Below, in pieces: positions 12,103 through 25,304 of a stretch of DNA of 64,000 bases. The notes under the pieces are model-generated. The model saw only the letters and a list, made by a program, of their open reading frames with translations, was not told the origin of the DNA and did not search any database. This DNA comes from Geosiphon pyriformis uo1 (Eukaryota; Fungi; Glomeromycota), in NCBI GenBank assembly GCA_016748015.1, contig JAAOMT010000523.1:525757-589756 (forward strand), written 5' to 3'. Each line of letters begins with the position of its first letter. Position 1 is the first letter of the stretch. The translations under genes and the position numbers were made by a program.

Positions 12103-15100
12103 TGTTATCAGTAGAATTTAGCTATTAATTAGCATGAAATTACCTTCATAATTCCTATTATTAATTAGCATACATTATTATTTATTTCGATTATTACTTA
12201 TTATTTAATCAAATTATCAAATATTATTACTTAATCAATAATCTGATTTGTACTTTAGAAATTAAGATAATTAAATTACACAATACCCTGAACCATTTAA
12301 CATAGTCAAAATTTGCCGAAATTAATGGAAATTGCCTGAAATAATCAATAGTTCAGTAAAATAACTTGTAGTTTGCCAAAATGTATTTTTAGTTTACCCA
12401 AATTGTAGCAAAGAGAAAAGTACAAGTTCAAAGACTAGTACTACAGCAAGTTGTATAAAAGAAAAGCTTTTCTCTTCAAAAAAATGTATTTTTTCATAAG
12501 TATCTTATCATAGTACTTTACTTTAGATATCTTAATTAAAACAAATCACCTTTTACATATTTAAATAAAAATTAAATATTTAAAAACCAAATCCTTAAAT
12601 TATTACACTTGGAATTCTCTCAAACACAACTAACGTTTTGAAATTGATTAGCTACCAATTTCAATAAACTGTTAGTGACTCCAGGCCTGGATAGAAAACG
12701 TTTCCCTTGACACAATTCTATTTCTTTTATATTTCTTTTATTTTCTTTTTTTTCTTATTATAATCATTAGAGTAGCCTACAGACAAAATTTCTGTAGAAG
12801 AGTTGACTTTCACAGCAAAGTAACTACACATTTTTAGTGAGCTTCCAGATAAGCAATTCCTGGAAAAAAGTTGATGTTTACTACAACATAACTACACAAA
12901 GTAACTGGCATGGAATTGGCTATTCCACTTATAAGCTTAGCAGTTCAAATTATAAGAGATAATTTGAAGATAAATTCAGTTACTGGAGGTCCAACTACTT
13001 CTTAAAAATGTAAATTCACAGCAAAACAACATTAAAAACATTCAAAAAAAGAGACCAAAAACTTCCAGTAATATTTGGTGCTTCTCTACAGAAATAACAC
13101 AACAACAACAAATTCAAAGTGGTGATTATACCAAACACAACAACTCTAGAGTATTATCAGTCAATTTACATCCATTGCAAGCAAAAATTTAACATTCCAA
13201 ACGGAATTGAAGTTGTCAAGAAATCAGTATACCAATACATTAAAAACCACATCAACAATTATCTTTTTGGAGATTACAATATTTCAGAAGTTAGAAACAA
13301 TCTTTACAATAATTTAGTGTACTATTCACAGTTGAGAACTAAAGACCTTGACAGTAAAACACTTGCTACCTACTTCCAAGAACTTAGTTTTAACATTATC
13401 AAGTATTGTGAAGAAACATATTCAGTACAGTCTAAATACTCTATTGACTTTGAATTAGAGACAGAAACAAGCAACAAAGACAAACAAAAACTGAAACAAT
13501 ACTCAAGTACCACTTCAAATACTCCAAAAACACCAAGAACAACTACCAAACACTTACAAACACCTGAACAAAGAACCAGTGTCAAATTACCACTTTTTAT
13601 TACACTATTTCCAATTTCACTTGTCCAACTACAAACACCAAATTCACCACTTAACCATTTCTCCAGACCAGAAGACTTTTAGTCATCCAGAAATCCTACT
13701 CAACAGCAAAAACCAATATTAACCAGCACCAATATTATTGATTACTTACAAGAAAACGAAAGTAATCATTCAAAAAACTTGGAAAGTGAAAAAACTGAAT
13801 CAAAACAAGAAGAAACCACAGAAAATAAAGAAGAAATAACAACTGCTTATATTGCAAAGATTCCAGAATTCACTGGTAAAGACAATAATACTAGCCCTCA
13901 AGAATGGCTTAACAAAGTTCAAAAAGCAAGAGATGCAAATAGTTGGAATGCAGCAAAAATGCTCAAAACAATCTCATACTTTTTCCAAGAAACTGCAGGA
14001 GAATGATTTGAAAACTTAGAAGAACCATTTAAAAACTGGCAAGCATTCAAAGATGCTTTTTTACAACAATTCACTGACAACAACACCTCTATTACTTTCC
14101 ATAATCACTTTTACAATATTAAGCAAGAAATATTTGAAACTGTTATGACCTATCTTGAGAGATTCAACAAACTTCTTTGACAAATTTGACAATTGGAAAC
14201 TAATGAATATTATTCTGATGCCCAGATTCTGGATTAATTCATAGCAGGATTAAAAAACAAACTTATTAAAAAAGTTCATTTATATGCTCCAGAAGACTTA
14301 ACTACTGCTATTAGACATACAAAGAACTATAAAATGACAATAGAAGAAGCAAACCACACCAAACTTGTCAACTTAACTATTAGAAAAACCAGCTCAGCAG
14401 CTGAAAAAAAAATAGACCAATTCACAAAAAAGGTTGAAAACTACTTTACAAACCAACAATAACAACAGCAGCAACCACAAAAATATCAACCACTACAATA
14501 ATGCAACCAAAACAATTTTAGATCACCATCTAACAACCAATCTTAAAATTGTCATTATTGTGAAATTTTAGAACACTGGAAATAAGATTGCAGAAAATTG
14601 CAAAGAGACCAACAAAACAGGAGTAATCAACATTACTCTTCACCACAACAATCTTATTATCAACTAAAACCACAAAATCAAAACAATTACTATTAAACAG
14701 TTCTACAACCAATGCAGCAACAATATTAACAACCTTTACCAATTCAGCAATATCAAATACCATCCACTCAACAATATTAAATACCAGCCAGAAGATTGGT
14801 CCAACAAAACCAATTCACACTATAAAACCGTTCATTAACAAACCACAACAGATTTAATTCCAATAATCAATTAGTTCCCCGAAATTCTGTTCAACAAAAA
14901 CCCACTCAGTTTCACACTTAACTCAGTTATTTAACAATACAAAAAGAATTGAATTTTCAACAAACTGCACTTTTTGAAGGTAAAGTTGCAGCACCAAAAT
15001 TAAACCCTTCTAACAATACTATTCTATCAGCCCAAATTGCCCAAAATGCCAACTTTTCAGATATATTCCTATTTGGATTTGAAGCAAATGAATTACTATT

Positions 15101-15833
15101 TTTGCTTAGCAATGCAGTAGTCAATGAGCAAAAAGCTATTACTGCCATGTACACTAAAGCTATAGTAAAAGGAAAGCCCATCTGATTAATTCTAGACAGT
15201 AGATCTACTAAAAGTATCATTACCTATCAATTAATACAACAACTCAATTGAAATGTCAACAGACCAGCCCAAACAGTAATTGTTACAGCAAATGGTATGA
15301 AAAAAACACAGTAAGAGAAATTAACAACTTCCCATTTACCATTGATGGAATTACTATTCTAGTCAAAGTTCTAGTTATGGATGCACCCTAATACTAAGCT
15401 CTTGTCAGAAATGATTGGCTTCTCAAAACCAATGCAAAATTAGATTGGAAAACTCAGGAACTCAAAATCTCATACCAAGAACAATATACCATAGTACCTG
15501 CTACTTGTGGCGCTTTCAACAAATGATCAAAAAAAGCCCCAGTGTTTGAATTTGAGGAGAAAAAGGAAATACCACTTATTGAAACTTATATGGCACTTGA
15601 ATCAACATCCAATTGGGCTAAGGAAACAGAACAAGAGATTTTTAAAGAATCAAGAGGATGGAAGAAAGTTAGGTATTCTATATCAGAACCACAAAAAGAA
15701 TTACCATACATTCCACTAAAATGCAAAGATTATAAGAAAAAGCTTTTATCAATAGAAGCATGTATTTCTCCAGAAAAAGAATATAAAACTTGCACCTGTT
15801 ACTACTGTAAAACATGCCATAAAAAACGATTTG
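12103..15833 (+). mobile_element. Family A element, 5' part: 5' LTR 12103-13073, PBS, gag, protease, start of the Cys-rich domain; truncated
   Basis: LTR matches 48457-49437; TTTGGTGC PBS; gag-like ORFs at 13119 and 13779; LILDS(R)S protease motif near 15185. Confidence 0.88.
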
Positions 15834-16956
15834 AAACAAAGAAGCAATGCAATAAGTAGAAAAATTCATAGAAAGAAACAATCTGATCCTATATTACAAA
15901 GCAACATACTGACTATACACCATTTTCCAACTTTGTCCAAATGTATTGTTGTATAGATTTATAAAGACAATAACAGTTAACAACATAAGACAAATTACCA
16001 ATTAATAATTTGAAGACCTACAAAAAACAATACTCAACACAACTATCAAACATTACACAAACGAAGACATAGGAACAGATACATATGATTTTGCAGAAGC
16101 TCAATTCTAAAAAAAGAGGGATAATGTTATTTGAGTAGAGAAATTGATTCAAAGTTATAAAGAAATGTAATCAGAATATGACATAATACAGAATAGTGCA
16201 CAATAATGTTGAATAATGTGTTATAACTTAGGATAGCACAGGATAATGTATTATAACATAGAATAACACAGAATAACATATAATAACACCAGATAATATG
16301 TATTAATGTAAGATAACTAGTAATAACATAGAAGAACAAAACAATAACAGAAATAACAAAGCAATAATTAGCAATAACAAAACAATTAGAAACAATCCTG
16401 TAAAACCAAAAGAATGTATAAAAGCAAGTAGTTATAGAAGATAAAAAGACAGACAGATAGATATGAACCACTAAACAAGAATCAAATATCCATATTTCTT
16501 TATCATTTATTATATTCTATATTCATCTTCTGAAATAAATTAATTATTAAGAAATTAAAATCATAAATTCATGTTCTTAAACTTTGTGAAATTTACGTAA
16601 ATTAACCATTATTTTATACCTTTATTCCAAGACAAATGCTCTTAACATAACCATTTCGAACTATTAATGATTTGGACCAATTGCTCTTGATTATGACAAT
16701 TGACAATACTAATTTATTTTTTTCTTTTATTTTATTTTATTTTTTTTATTTTCTTTTTCTTTCTTTTATTTTTTTCTTGTGGAGCAGCAACATATTAAAA
16801 TTGACTATCTGAAAATAGACTTTGTAATAGCCTGGTAAAAGAGAGAAGCTTCTAGGTTTTTGGATATTAACATTATCTTGATAGCTTACCAGAAGAGTGA
16901 AAAAACAACACCAAATCCTAATGACTGCACTTGTTAACTCAGAGAAAAAAGCTCAT
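15834..16956 (+). mobile_element. Family C 3' end: ORF3 C-terminal remnant, PPT (aaaaaaagaggg), 3' LTR from 16125, interrupted at 16957
   Basis: Reverse-complement match to ~35470-36600. Confidence 0.85.
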
Positions 16957-17830
16957 TGTTATGGTTTAAGAATTTAGCAAAAAAATCATAAAAATAATAC
17001 AAACTATTCAATCATAATATAGCACAGTAATAATCTTAGAAAGGTAATGATTAACATAGTAGCAAACACTATCTTGTGATAATGGCAAGCACCAGTTCAC
17101 AATAGCAGTCAACACCAATTGGTAATAGCAGCAAACACCAGGTTGAAATATCAAAAAAAAAGTATTACAATGTGTTTTTTCATAGAACTACAAACATGTA
17201 TATATACAGTAGCTTTAATATTAAGAAAAAACAATCAAGTAATAAAAATCATAACTTATCAAGCAATAGATCCAATTTTATCCAACAAACTCCACTTTAA
17301 ATCGTACTTTCAAATTAAATATCCCAAGAAACCTTTAAATCAAAAAGAAATGAAAAAAAATATTTAAAACTGAATTATCATAATCCAAAGTATTAAGAAA
17401 CTTACTTGTATTATTTATTGAATGAAACTATCATTCATCAGCTGAATCTCTTGGAAGAATAATTCTTGATCAAGATTATTCACATTATTACTAATTGATA
17501 AAAGGTTTATTGTAAGAATTAAGAAAAGTGCTAAAGACCATTAACATTCTGTGTTTCTAGATTAGAGAAACACATTAGACAATTGTAAGAATAGCCTCAA
17601 AGAAGACTCCAGACAGTGGGTAGATTTCAGTTCAGCCTCTGAGAAGGAGTACATAAACATACACAACAATCAGGAATCAAAGAATAACTTACATCATGAC
17701 ATTAAAAAAAAAGCCTTCAGTATAACAGTGACATTATCACACAAATAGAATTAAGGAACTCATGAAAGACTGATTGCAATTAAAATGGGATATCGGCAAT
17801 TATATATAACAAGAAGACCATCCCGTAATA
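16957..17830 (+). mobile_element. Isolated LTR, family D (flanks do not match)
   Basis: TGTTATGG...CCGTAATA termini; homologous to 46084-46957; no PBS follows. Confidence 0.85.
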
Positions 17831-18229
17831 CTTTTAATAAAACTTATTAAACTTTTAGCAATTCAAACTTTGGGAATTATTCAAAAACCTTAACATTTGA
17901 AGTCTAATAAATTCCAAACCCTGCAATCATACAAGGAAACTTACTTCCAATAGCCCAATAAAACCTAATTTTTACAGTATTAATAAATCAACAAAACTTA
18001 TTTGACAGCCCTAAATTAGAATATTAGAATGTAGTTACAATTGACTCTTATACATTATATATTTGAAAAAGAGCCAATTAGCAAAAACAAATAAGAATCA
18101 GAATTAGAACTTAATCCCAATTCAAATTTTACTAATAACAACAACAATTTAAACTCCACTAATAACAACAATAATTCAAATTCTGCTAATATAAATTGTT
18201 GATAATGGAAAGATGAATTAAAATGATAA

Positions 18230-18643
18230 TAAGTATTTTATTAATATTTGATATTTTTTTACTTCAAGTCATAAAATACTATTATATAAAGAAATAAATA
18301 AAGAATTAAAACTGGAAATTTTAATTTAAAGATTCTTAACTTTTGAAGGAAGAATATTTAATAATTATGATCTGTAAGTCTAATTGATTCTGAGAGTTTA
18401 ATTGATTCTAGAAGTCTAATTAACTAATTTTCTAGCTTTTGATATTACTGCTATATATACATAAATTTTATTGTATAAGATTTTTTGAATTTCTTAATTC
18501 TCTAACTAGAAATCCTGGAATTCCAGAAATTTTGTAATTCCTCATATAAGAATCTTGTAATTCTGGAATTCTACTTTTATTATGTCTATTCTAATTGGCT
18601 AATTTATGTATTAATATTTAATTCCTATATTCTATAAGTAACA
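18230..18643 (-). mobile_element. Partial B-type LTR (U3 end)
   Basis: ggaattcc-type U3 repeats, TATA, and terminus ...taagtaaca as at 41136. The left boundary is uncertain. Confidence 0.65.
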
Positions 18644-20991
18644 ATGTGTTTGCTTCAATGATTATAATTGGTTCTAGATCTCATAGAATTTTTTCTGGTT
18701 TTACTAAAATTCCTTGTATTTCTAATTGTAGAATATTATTGGTGAATAATAATATTTGGTAATAAAGTTTTAATCAATTACTATGTGTTGCTTTGGCTAA
18801 GATTTTGTTGTCCTATTTTAACTTGTATATTCTATTTCCTAAAATTTTTTCAATGTGAAATGGTCTGTTTTATTTGGAGTCAAATTTTCTACTCCATTGT
18901 TTTTTTGTTTTGGTATAATATAGAAGTACTTTGTCTCCAATCTTGAATTTAACTGGTTTGTTTGGTAGTTGGTTATTGTGTCATTTTTTTTGTTTCTCTT
19001 GTGATTTTTGTATATTATTAGCTGCTTTTTTTCTTTTATTTTTTAGTGTTTTTATTAGGTTATATGTTCTTCTTAGCAGAATTTCTTAAAAGTTTTTTTT
19101 TGTTTTTGGTTCTGTTAGATATGTATTGACTTTTAGTTCAACTGGTAATATTGCTGTTCTATCATAAACTAGTTCAAATAGTGTTGTTTGTGTGGTATCT
19201 TGCTTTATTGTTTAATAAGCAAATAATACTAATAGTATAAATAAATTCTATTCATTTTGGTTTTTTTGGCTGATTTTGGCTATTGTTTTACATAATATTC
19301 TGTTGAATCTTTTGACTAAACCATTTGTTTGTAGATGATATAATAATAATAATGGTCTTTTGATTCCAAATTTTTGACTTAATTCTGTTAATATTCTGTT
19401 TACAAAATAAGTTCTTTGATTTAATAATAGTTTTTTTGAACATTTATGTTAACAAATCAATTTTTGATGAACAAATTTGGCTGCAAATTTTGCATCTGCT
19501 CTTTAAATGGCTTTTGTTTTTGGCTATTTTGTAAGATAATCTATGACTACTGCTATGTATTAATTGTCTTTGCTGGTTATTGTTAATAGTCTAACTAAGT
19601 CAATTTCAATTCAATTGAATGATTGCTTTATTTTGATTGGTCTTAGTAATTCATTGGGTTTTGTTTCTTTTTTTTTTGACAAGCATCACAATTTTGAACA
19701 TATTGGATGATGTTTGGATATATAGATAGCCAATAGTATTTTTTTCTAGTTTTTTTTATTATTGCTTCTTTATAAAAATATTTTGTTGTTGGATTTGAGT
19801 GTATATTAAATAGTATTGTTTTTTTCTCTGGTTCTGTAATTACTTTGAGTAACTGATCTGGGTATTTTTTGTTTTTTCGGTATAATATATTTTGGTAAGT
19901 AATAAAATATTTTGCTTATTGTTTTATGTTGTTTTGTTTTTTTTGAGATAATTTCTCTTTGAACTGTTGTATATTGATAAAATATTAAAATTGTTAATAT
20001 TTTTGTGTGTTTATCTTTTGTTATATTTTTGGGTTGAAAATGTTCTTAGATTTGTTTTATTTACAACAAACCATCAGCCTTTTTATTGTTTTTTTCTTTT
20101 TTATAATGTACTGTATAACTAAATAGTAATAATTCTATTTTCTATTTTGTATGACAATTATTTCCAAATTTTTGTTTTTGGATTGATGTTAATTCTTTGT
20201 GATTAGTGTACACATTAAACTTCTGACTTAGATATTTTTTTATTTAATAACAGCCCAATAAATAGCCAAATGTTTTAGTGTTAAAGTTCTATAGTTTTTT
20301 TCAGCTGGGCTTAAGCTTTGGCTGGCATATACTACTAGATTTTCTCTTTCATCTGGCTTTTTTTGTGACAATATTGCTTCCAAGACTTGTTCTAATACAT
20401 TGGTAATAATGATAAATGATTTGCTGTAATCTGAATAGATTAGTATTGGAGCTTGGATAAGCTTTTTTCTTAATATATCAAAAGCTTTTTACTGCTTTTT
20501 AGTCCATTTATATTTGATGTTTTTGGCTTAAAGTTAATAAAGTAGTTGAGCCAGTTTGGAGAAGTTTTGAATAAAACAATAATAATATCTAGCAAATTCC
20601 AAGAATGTTCTTAATTTTGTAAGATTTGTTGGTACTAAAAAGTTCTTGACTATCTTAATTTTGTCTAAATCTGTCTTTATACTGTTTTTGTTTATAATAT
20701 ATCTTAAAAACTTGAGTTCAGTTTTTCCAAAAAAACATTTAGTTGTATTTAATTTTAATTTGGCTTTTCTTAACCTTTCAAACACTTGTTGAAGATGATA
20801 AAAATAGTTATCAAAAGTTTTAGAAAACACATTGGTGTAATTCAAATAAACTACTACTAACTTCTATAGTAATTCAGTATAAATAATTTTTATTAACTAT
20901 TAGAAAATGGCTGAAGTATTAATTAAGCCAAAAAACATAACATCAAATTCAAAATTCTTTTTTCTGGTTGTAAATACAGTTTTCTTCTTAT
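18644..20991 (-). mobile_element. Family B internal fragment (RT C-half, RNase H, integrase), decayed
   Basis: ORF 20534-20845 is RT-like (KCFFGKTELKFL); colinear with 30590-32910. Confidence 0.85.
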
Positions 20992-23900
20992 TATTACAAG
21001 TGATTATTTGGGGTTTTAAATCAAATAACAAACTTATAACTTGGTGCTTAATTGATTTAATAATGTTGGTTTCTGAAAGTTTTGGTTGAGTTTTTTGTAT
21101 AATAGACAGAAATTTACTTATTGTTTATCCATAGCTTTCCAGAACTACAATTTTGTCAAATTTCTTTCTCAATGTAATGGTTGGTAATCTTCTTAATAAA
21201 CTATTCTTAATTGAGTGTTCTATTCTTATTTTTGGGTCTTTTATCAGTTACTTATATCTTGACATTAGTACCTTCATGTGTTAATTCTTTTGAATTAAGT
21301 TAGTAATCCAAATAAACAAAGACAGAAAATCAAATAAAAAAAAATAAAAAGAGAAGATAAAAAGAAAGAAGAAAATAAGCCAAGACAATAAATGTTAGTA
21401 TTTGTTAATAATCATGATCAAGAGCTATTGTTCCAGCATGGTTAAGTATTTGTTACTATCAACATAAAGTGTTGATAGTGGAGAATAGATTGAGATAGTA
21501 AATAATTATTTATTAATATTTGTGAATAAAAAGGTTGTTTAGATTAAATCTAAACTGAGAGATCTGTCTTTTTTTTTTAATGCTACTGCTATATATACAT
21601 AATTAAAATTTTTCAATTCCTCAATTCTTCACACCAGGAATTCTAGAATTTCTGGAATCTTGCAATTCCTTTTGAGAAAAATTCTGGAATTCTAAAATTC
21701 TGTGATTTCTCATACAAAAATTCTGAAATTTCTGGAATCCTGAAATTCTACATTTACTATGGCTACTTCTGATTGGCTAATTTATATGCTAATATACTTC
21801 CTATATTTTATGAGTAACATTATTTTCTTCTCTTTAATATTGAGCTTTATTAAGATCTCTTAATTCTAATTCTCCATTTTTGAGTATTTTTTAAACTTCT
21901 TTTTTGAAAATTACTTGAGTTATCTTGTTCTGTAATTTTTCAAATTGGGCATTAGTTATTTTTTCTATTTGGTTAATGGTAATAGTATCTATTGCCAAAT
22001 TAAGTAAGATTTCTGGTCGGTCTTGAAATTCAGTATGTAATTGATAAATAGCCTTGTTTGTGTTGTTAGATTGTTCTTTCTCACAAATTTCTCAAGTTGT
22101 TGTAATATTGTTGTATCAAATAATCGTCTTGTTTTATCTGTATATAAGTTTTGGATATTTAAATGTTGTTTCAAGTGGAAATAACAAAAGTTTTTTGGAA
22201 ATTTTTGTATTTACTACTTCCAAGTTTTTTTAGTTACTTCTTAATATAGAATGACACTTGTTGGCTCTTCTATTGCCAATTTCACTTTTAGAATTATTTT
22301 GTTGACAGTGTTTTCTGTTTTCTTTTGTACTTTGTATTAAGGTATTTTCCTGGTATCTTGGTATCAAATAGTTTGTTGGTTGATAGTAATTTCTATGTTC
22401 TGTTGTTGAATTAGTTAGAAAAGTTGTTGTGCCAGTATATGTATATTGTTGGTAATTTTCATTTTCTTTTTGTTGTCTTTGTTGTATATACTGTGTTTTT
22501 ATATACTCTTTTGGTTGTTTAATTTGATATGTTTGATTCAATGATTATAATTAGTTCCAGATCTTGTGGAATCTTATCTGGTTGGACTAGTATTTATTGT
22601 ACTCTCAGTTGTGGAATGTTATTGGTAGATAATGATACTAAATAGTAATATGATTTCAGTCAATTACCATGTGCTGCTTTGGCTAAAATTTTGTTGTCCT
22701 ATCATAATTTATAAGCTCCATTTTCAAGAATTTTTTCTATGTGAAATGGTTTATCTCATTTGGGGTCGAATTTTCCACTCCATTGTTTCTCTGCTTTAAT
22801 ATGATATAGAAGTACTTTGTCTTCAATTTTGAATTCAATTAGTTTATCTGGTAGTTGGTTATTGTGTTTTTTTTTGTTTTTCTTGTGACTTCTGGATGTT
22901 ATTAGCTGCTTTTCGCCATTTGTTTTCTAGTGTTTCCATTAAGTCATATGTTTTTCTCAACAATGTTCTTTGGAAATTCTCTTCTGTTATTGGTTCTGTT
23001 GGATATATTTGTATTTTTATCTTAACTGGTAATATTGCTGTTTTACTGTATATTAATTCAAATAGTATTGCTTGTATAGTGTCTTGCTTCATTGTCCAAT
23101 AAGCAAATAATACTGATAGTATAACCAAATCTCATTTGTCTTGGTTTTTTTGACTGATTTTGGTGATTGCTTCACACAATGTTCTATTGAATCTTTCAAC
23201 TAGTTTATTGGTTTGTGGATGATATGGTGATAATAATGATTTTTTTATCCCAAATCTTTGACTTAATTCTGTTAATGTTCTATTCACAAAGTGAGTTCCT
23301 TGATCTGATAATAGTTCTTTTGAACATCTGTGTTGACAAATTAAATCCTAATAAATGAATTCAGCAACAAATTCTGTATCTGCTCTTTGAATGGCTTTTG
23401 CTTCTGGCCATTTAGTGAGATAATTTATGGCTATTGTAATATATCTGTTGTCTTTGCTGGTGATTGTTAATGGTCCAACTAAGTTAATTCCAATGTGATT
23501 GAATAGTTGTTCCACTTTAATTGGTCTTAATGATTTACTGGGTTTTGTTCCTCTTCTTCTCTAACAAGTATTACAATTTTGAACATATTGGATAATATCT
23601 GGATATATTGATGGCCAATAGTATCTTTTTCTGGTTCTTTTCATAGTTGCTTCTTTATGAAAATGTCTTGCTGTTGGATCTGAGTGCATGTTGAATAATA
23701 TTGTCTCTTTTTTTGATTTTGTAATTACTCTGGTTAGTTGATCTGAATTTCTTTTGTTCTTTTGGTAAAGTATATTTTAATGGTTGATAAAATATTTTGA
23801 TTGTTGTTTTATGTTGTTTTGTTCTTTTTGAGATAATTTCTTCTTAAACTGTTAAGTATTTATATAGTGCTGGAGTTGTTAATATTTTTGTGTATTCATC

Positions 23901-25244
23901 TTTTGTTATATTTTTGTTTTCGATTGTTTAGATTTTGTTATATTTTTGAGTTAAAATGTTTTTAAATTTGTTTCATTCTTGACAAACTGTCAGCATTTTC
24001 ATTTTTTTTTCATTTTTTGTAATTTACTATATAATTAAATGGTGAAAATTCTATCTTCTATTTGGCATGATAATTATCTTCAAATTTTTGCTTCTGAATT
24101 GAAGTCAATCCTTTATAATCAGTGTAAACATCAAACCTTTGACTCAAGTATTTTTTCTATTTGATAACAGTCCAATAGATAGCTAAGTGTTCTAATGCTG
24201 AAGTTTTATAGTTTTTTTCAACTGGACTTAAGCTTCAGCTGGCATAAGCTACTGGGTGTTCTCATTTATCTGGTCTTTTCTAAGATAATACTATTCCCAA
24301 TGCATCTGTAGTAATTATAAATGGCTTACTATAGTCTGAATAGATTAATACTGGAGCTAGAATAAGCTTTTTTTTTAATGTATCAAAAGCTTCTTGCTGG
24401 GTTTGCATTGTTACTTATAGAAAAAAGAAAACAGATATAGAAAAATAATAGACCAATAGGAAAGTAGTAGTTAGCATGTGAGCACATTGTTCAGCAATGT
24501 AGAACAATGTTAGAAATTATGGCACATTGCTCAGCAATGTAGAGCAATATCAAAAAAATACAGCACATTGCTTGAAAAATTATAGCACATCACTTGAGAA
24601 TGTGAGCAATCTCATAGAACCCAAATTATGTATATATAGTGATAGCATTAGAAGTAGAAAGAGCAGAATTCTTCTATTAGAAGACTTCTCAGTTTAGATT
24701 TGATCTAAGCAATCTTCTATTTACAAATATCAATAAATAATTATTCACTATCTTAATCCACTCTTCACTATCAACCCTTCATGTTGATAGTAATTGATAC
24801 TTAACCACACTGGAACAATAGCTCTTGATTATGACTATTGATGGAATACTAACTTGCAATTATTTTTCATTATTTCTTTATCTTCTTTTATTTTCTTTTA
24901 TTTCTTTTGTTATTTCTTTGGGTTTTACTAAATTGATTAAGGATTAAGCACTAAGATACAGACATCATAAGGACTAATAAAAAACCTGTGAAACAAGGGT
25001 AGAACACTCATAGATTTGAGGATAGCTTACCAGGAGGATTACTGGCCACCATACTGAGAAAAAAATTCGACAGAATTGTGATTCCAAGAGGCTACTAAAA
25101 ACCACTATTAAATCTCTGTTCATTATATAAAGAACTCCACAAAAAAACCTTCAGATAAAACAACACCTTCAGATATTACCAACTAAGCACCAAGTTACAG
25201 ATTTGTTATTTGACTTGAGACCCCAAATAATTATCTGTAACATT

Positions 25245-25261
25245 TGGTGCTCCCTGTGAGG
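25245..25261 (+). promoter_or_regulatory. Primer binding site TGGTGCTCCCTGTGAGG (resembles the complement of a tRNA-Ile(UAU)-like 3' end; assignment tentative)
   Basis: Starts 2 nt after the LTR terminal CA and begins with TGG. Confidence 0.75.
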
Positions 25262-25304
25262 TATAATCTTACAAAGAACCAGCACTATCAGCAATTATTC
25301 AAAA

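Noticed and set aside
17831-18230. Asn/Ser-rich coding-like remnant after the D LTR
   Set aside because: Possibly a gag-pol fragment, but too eroded to assign.
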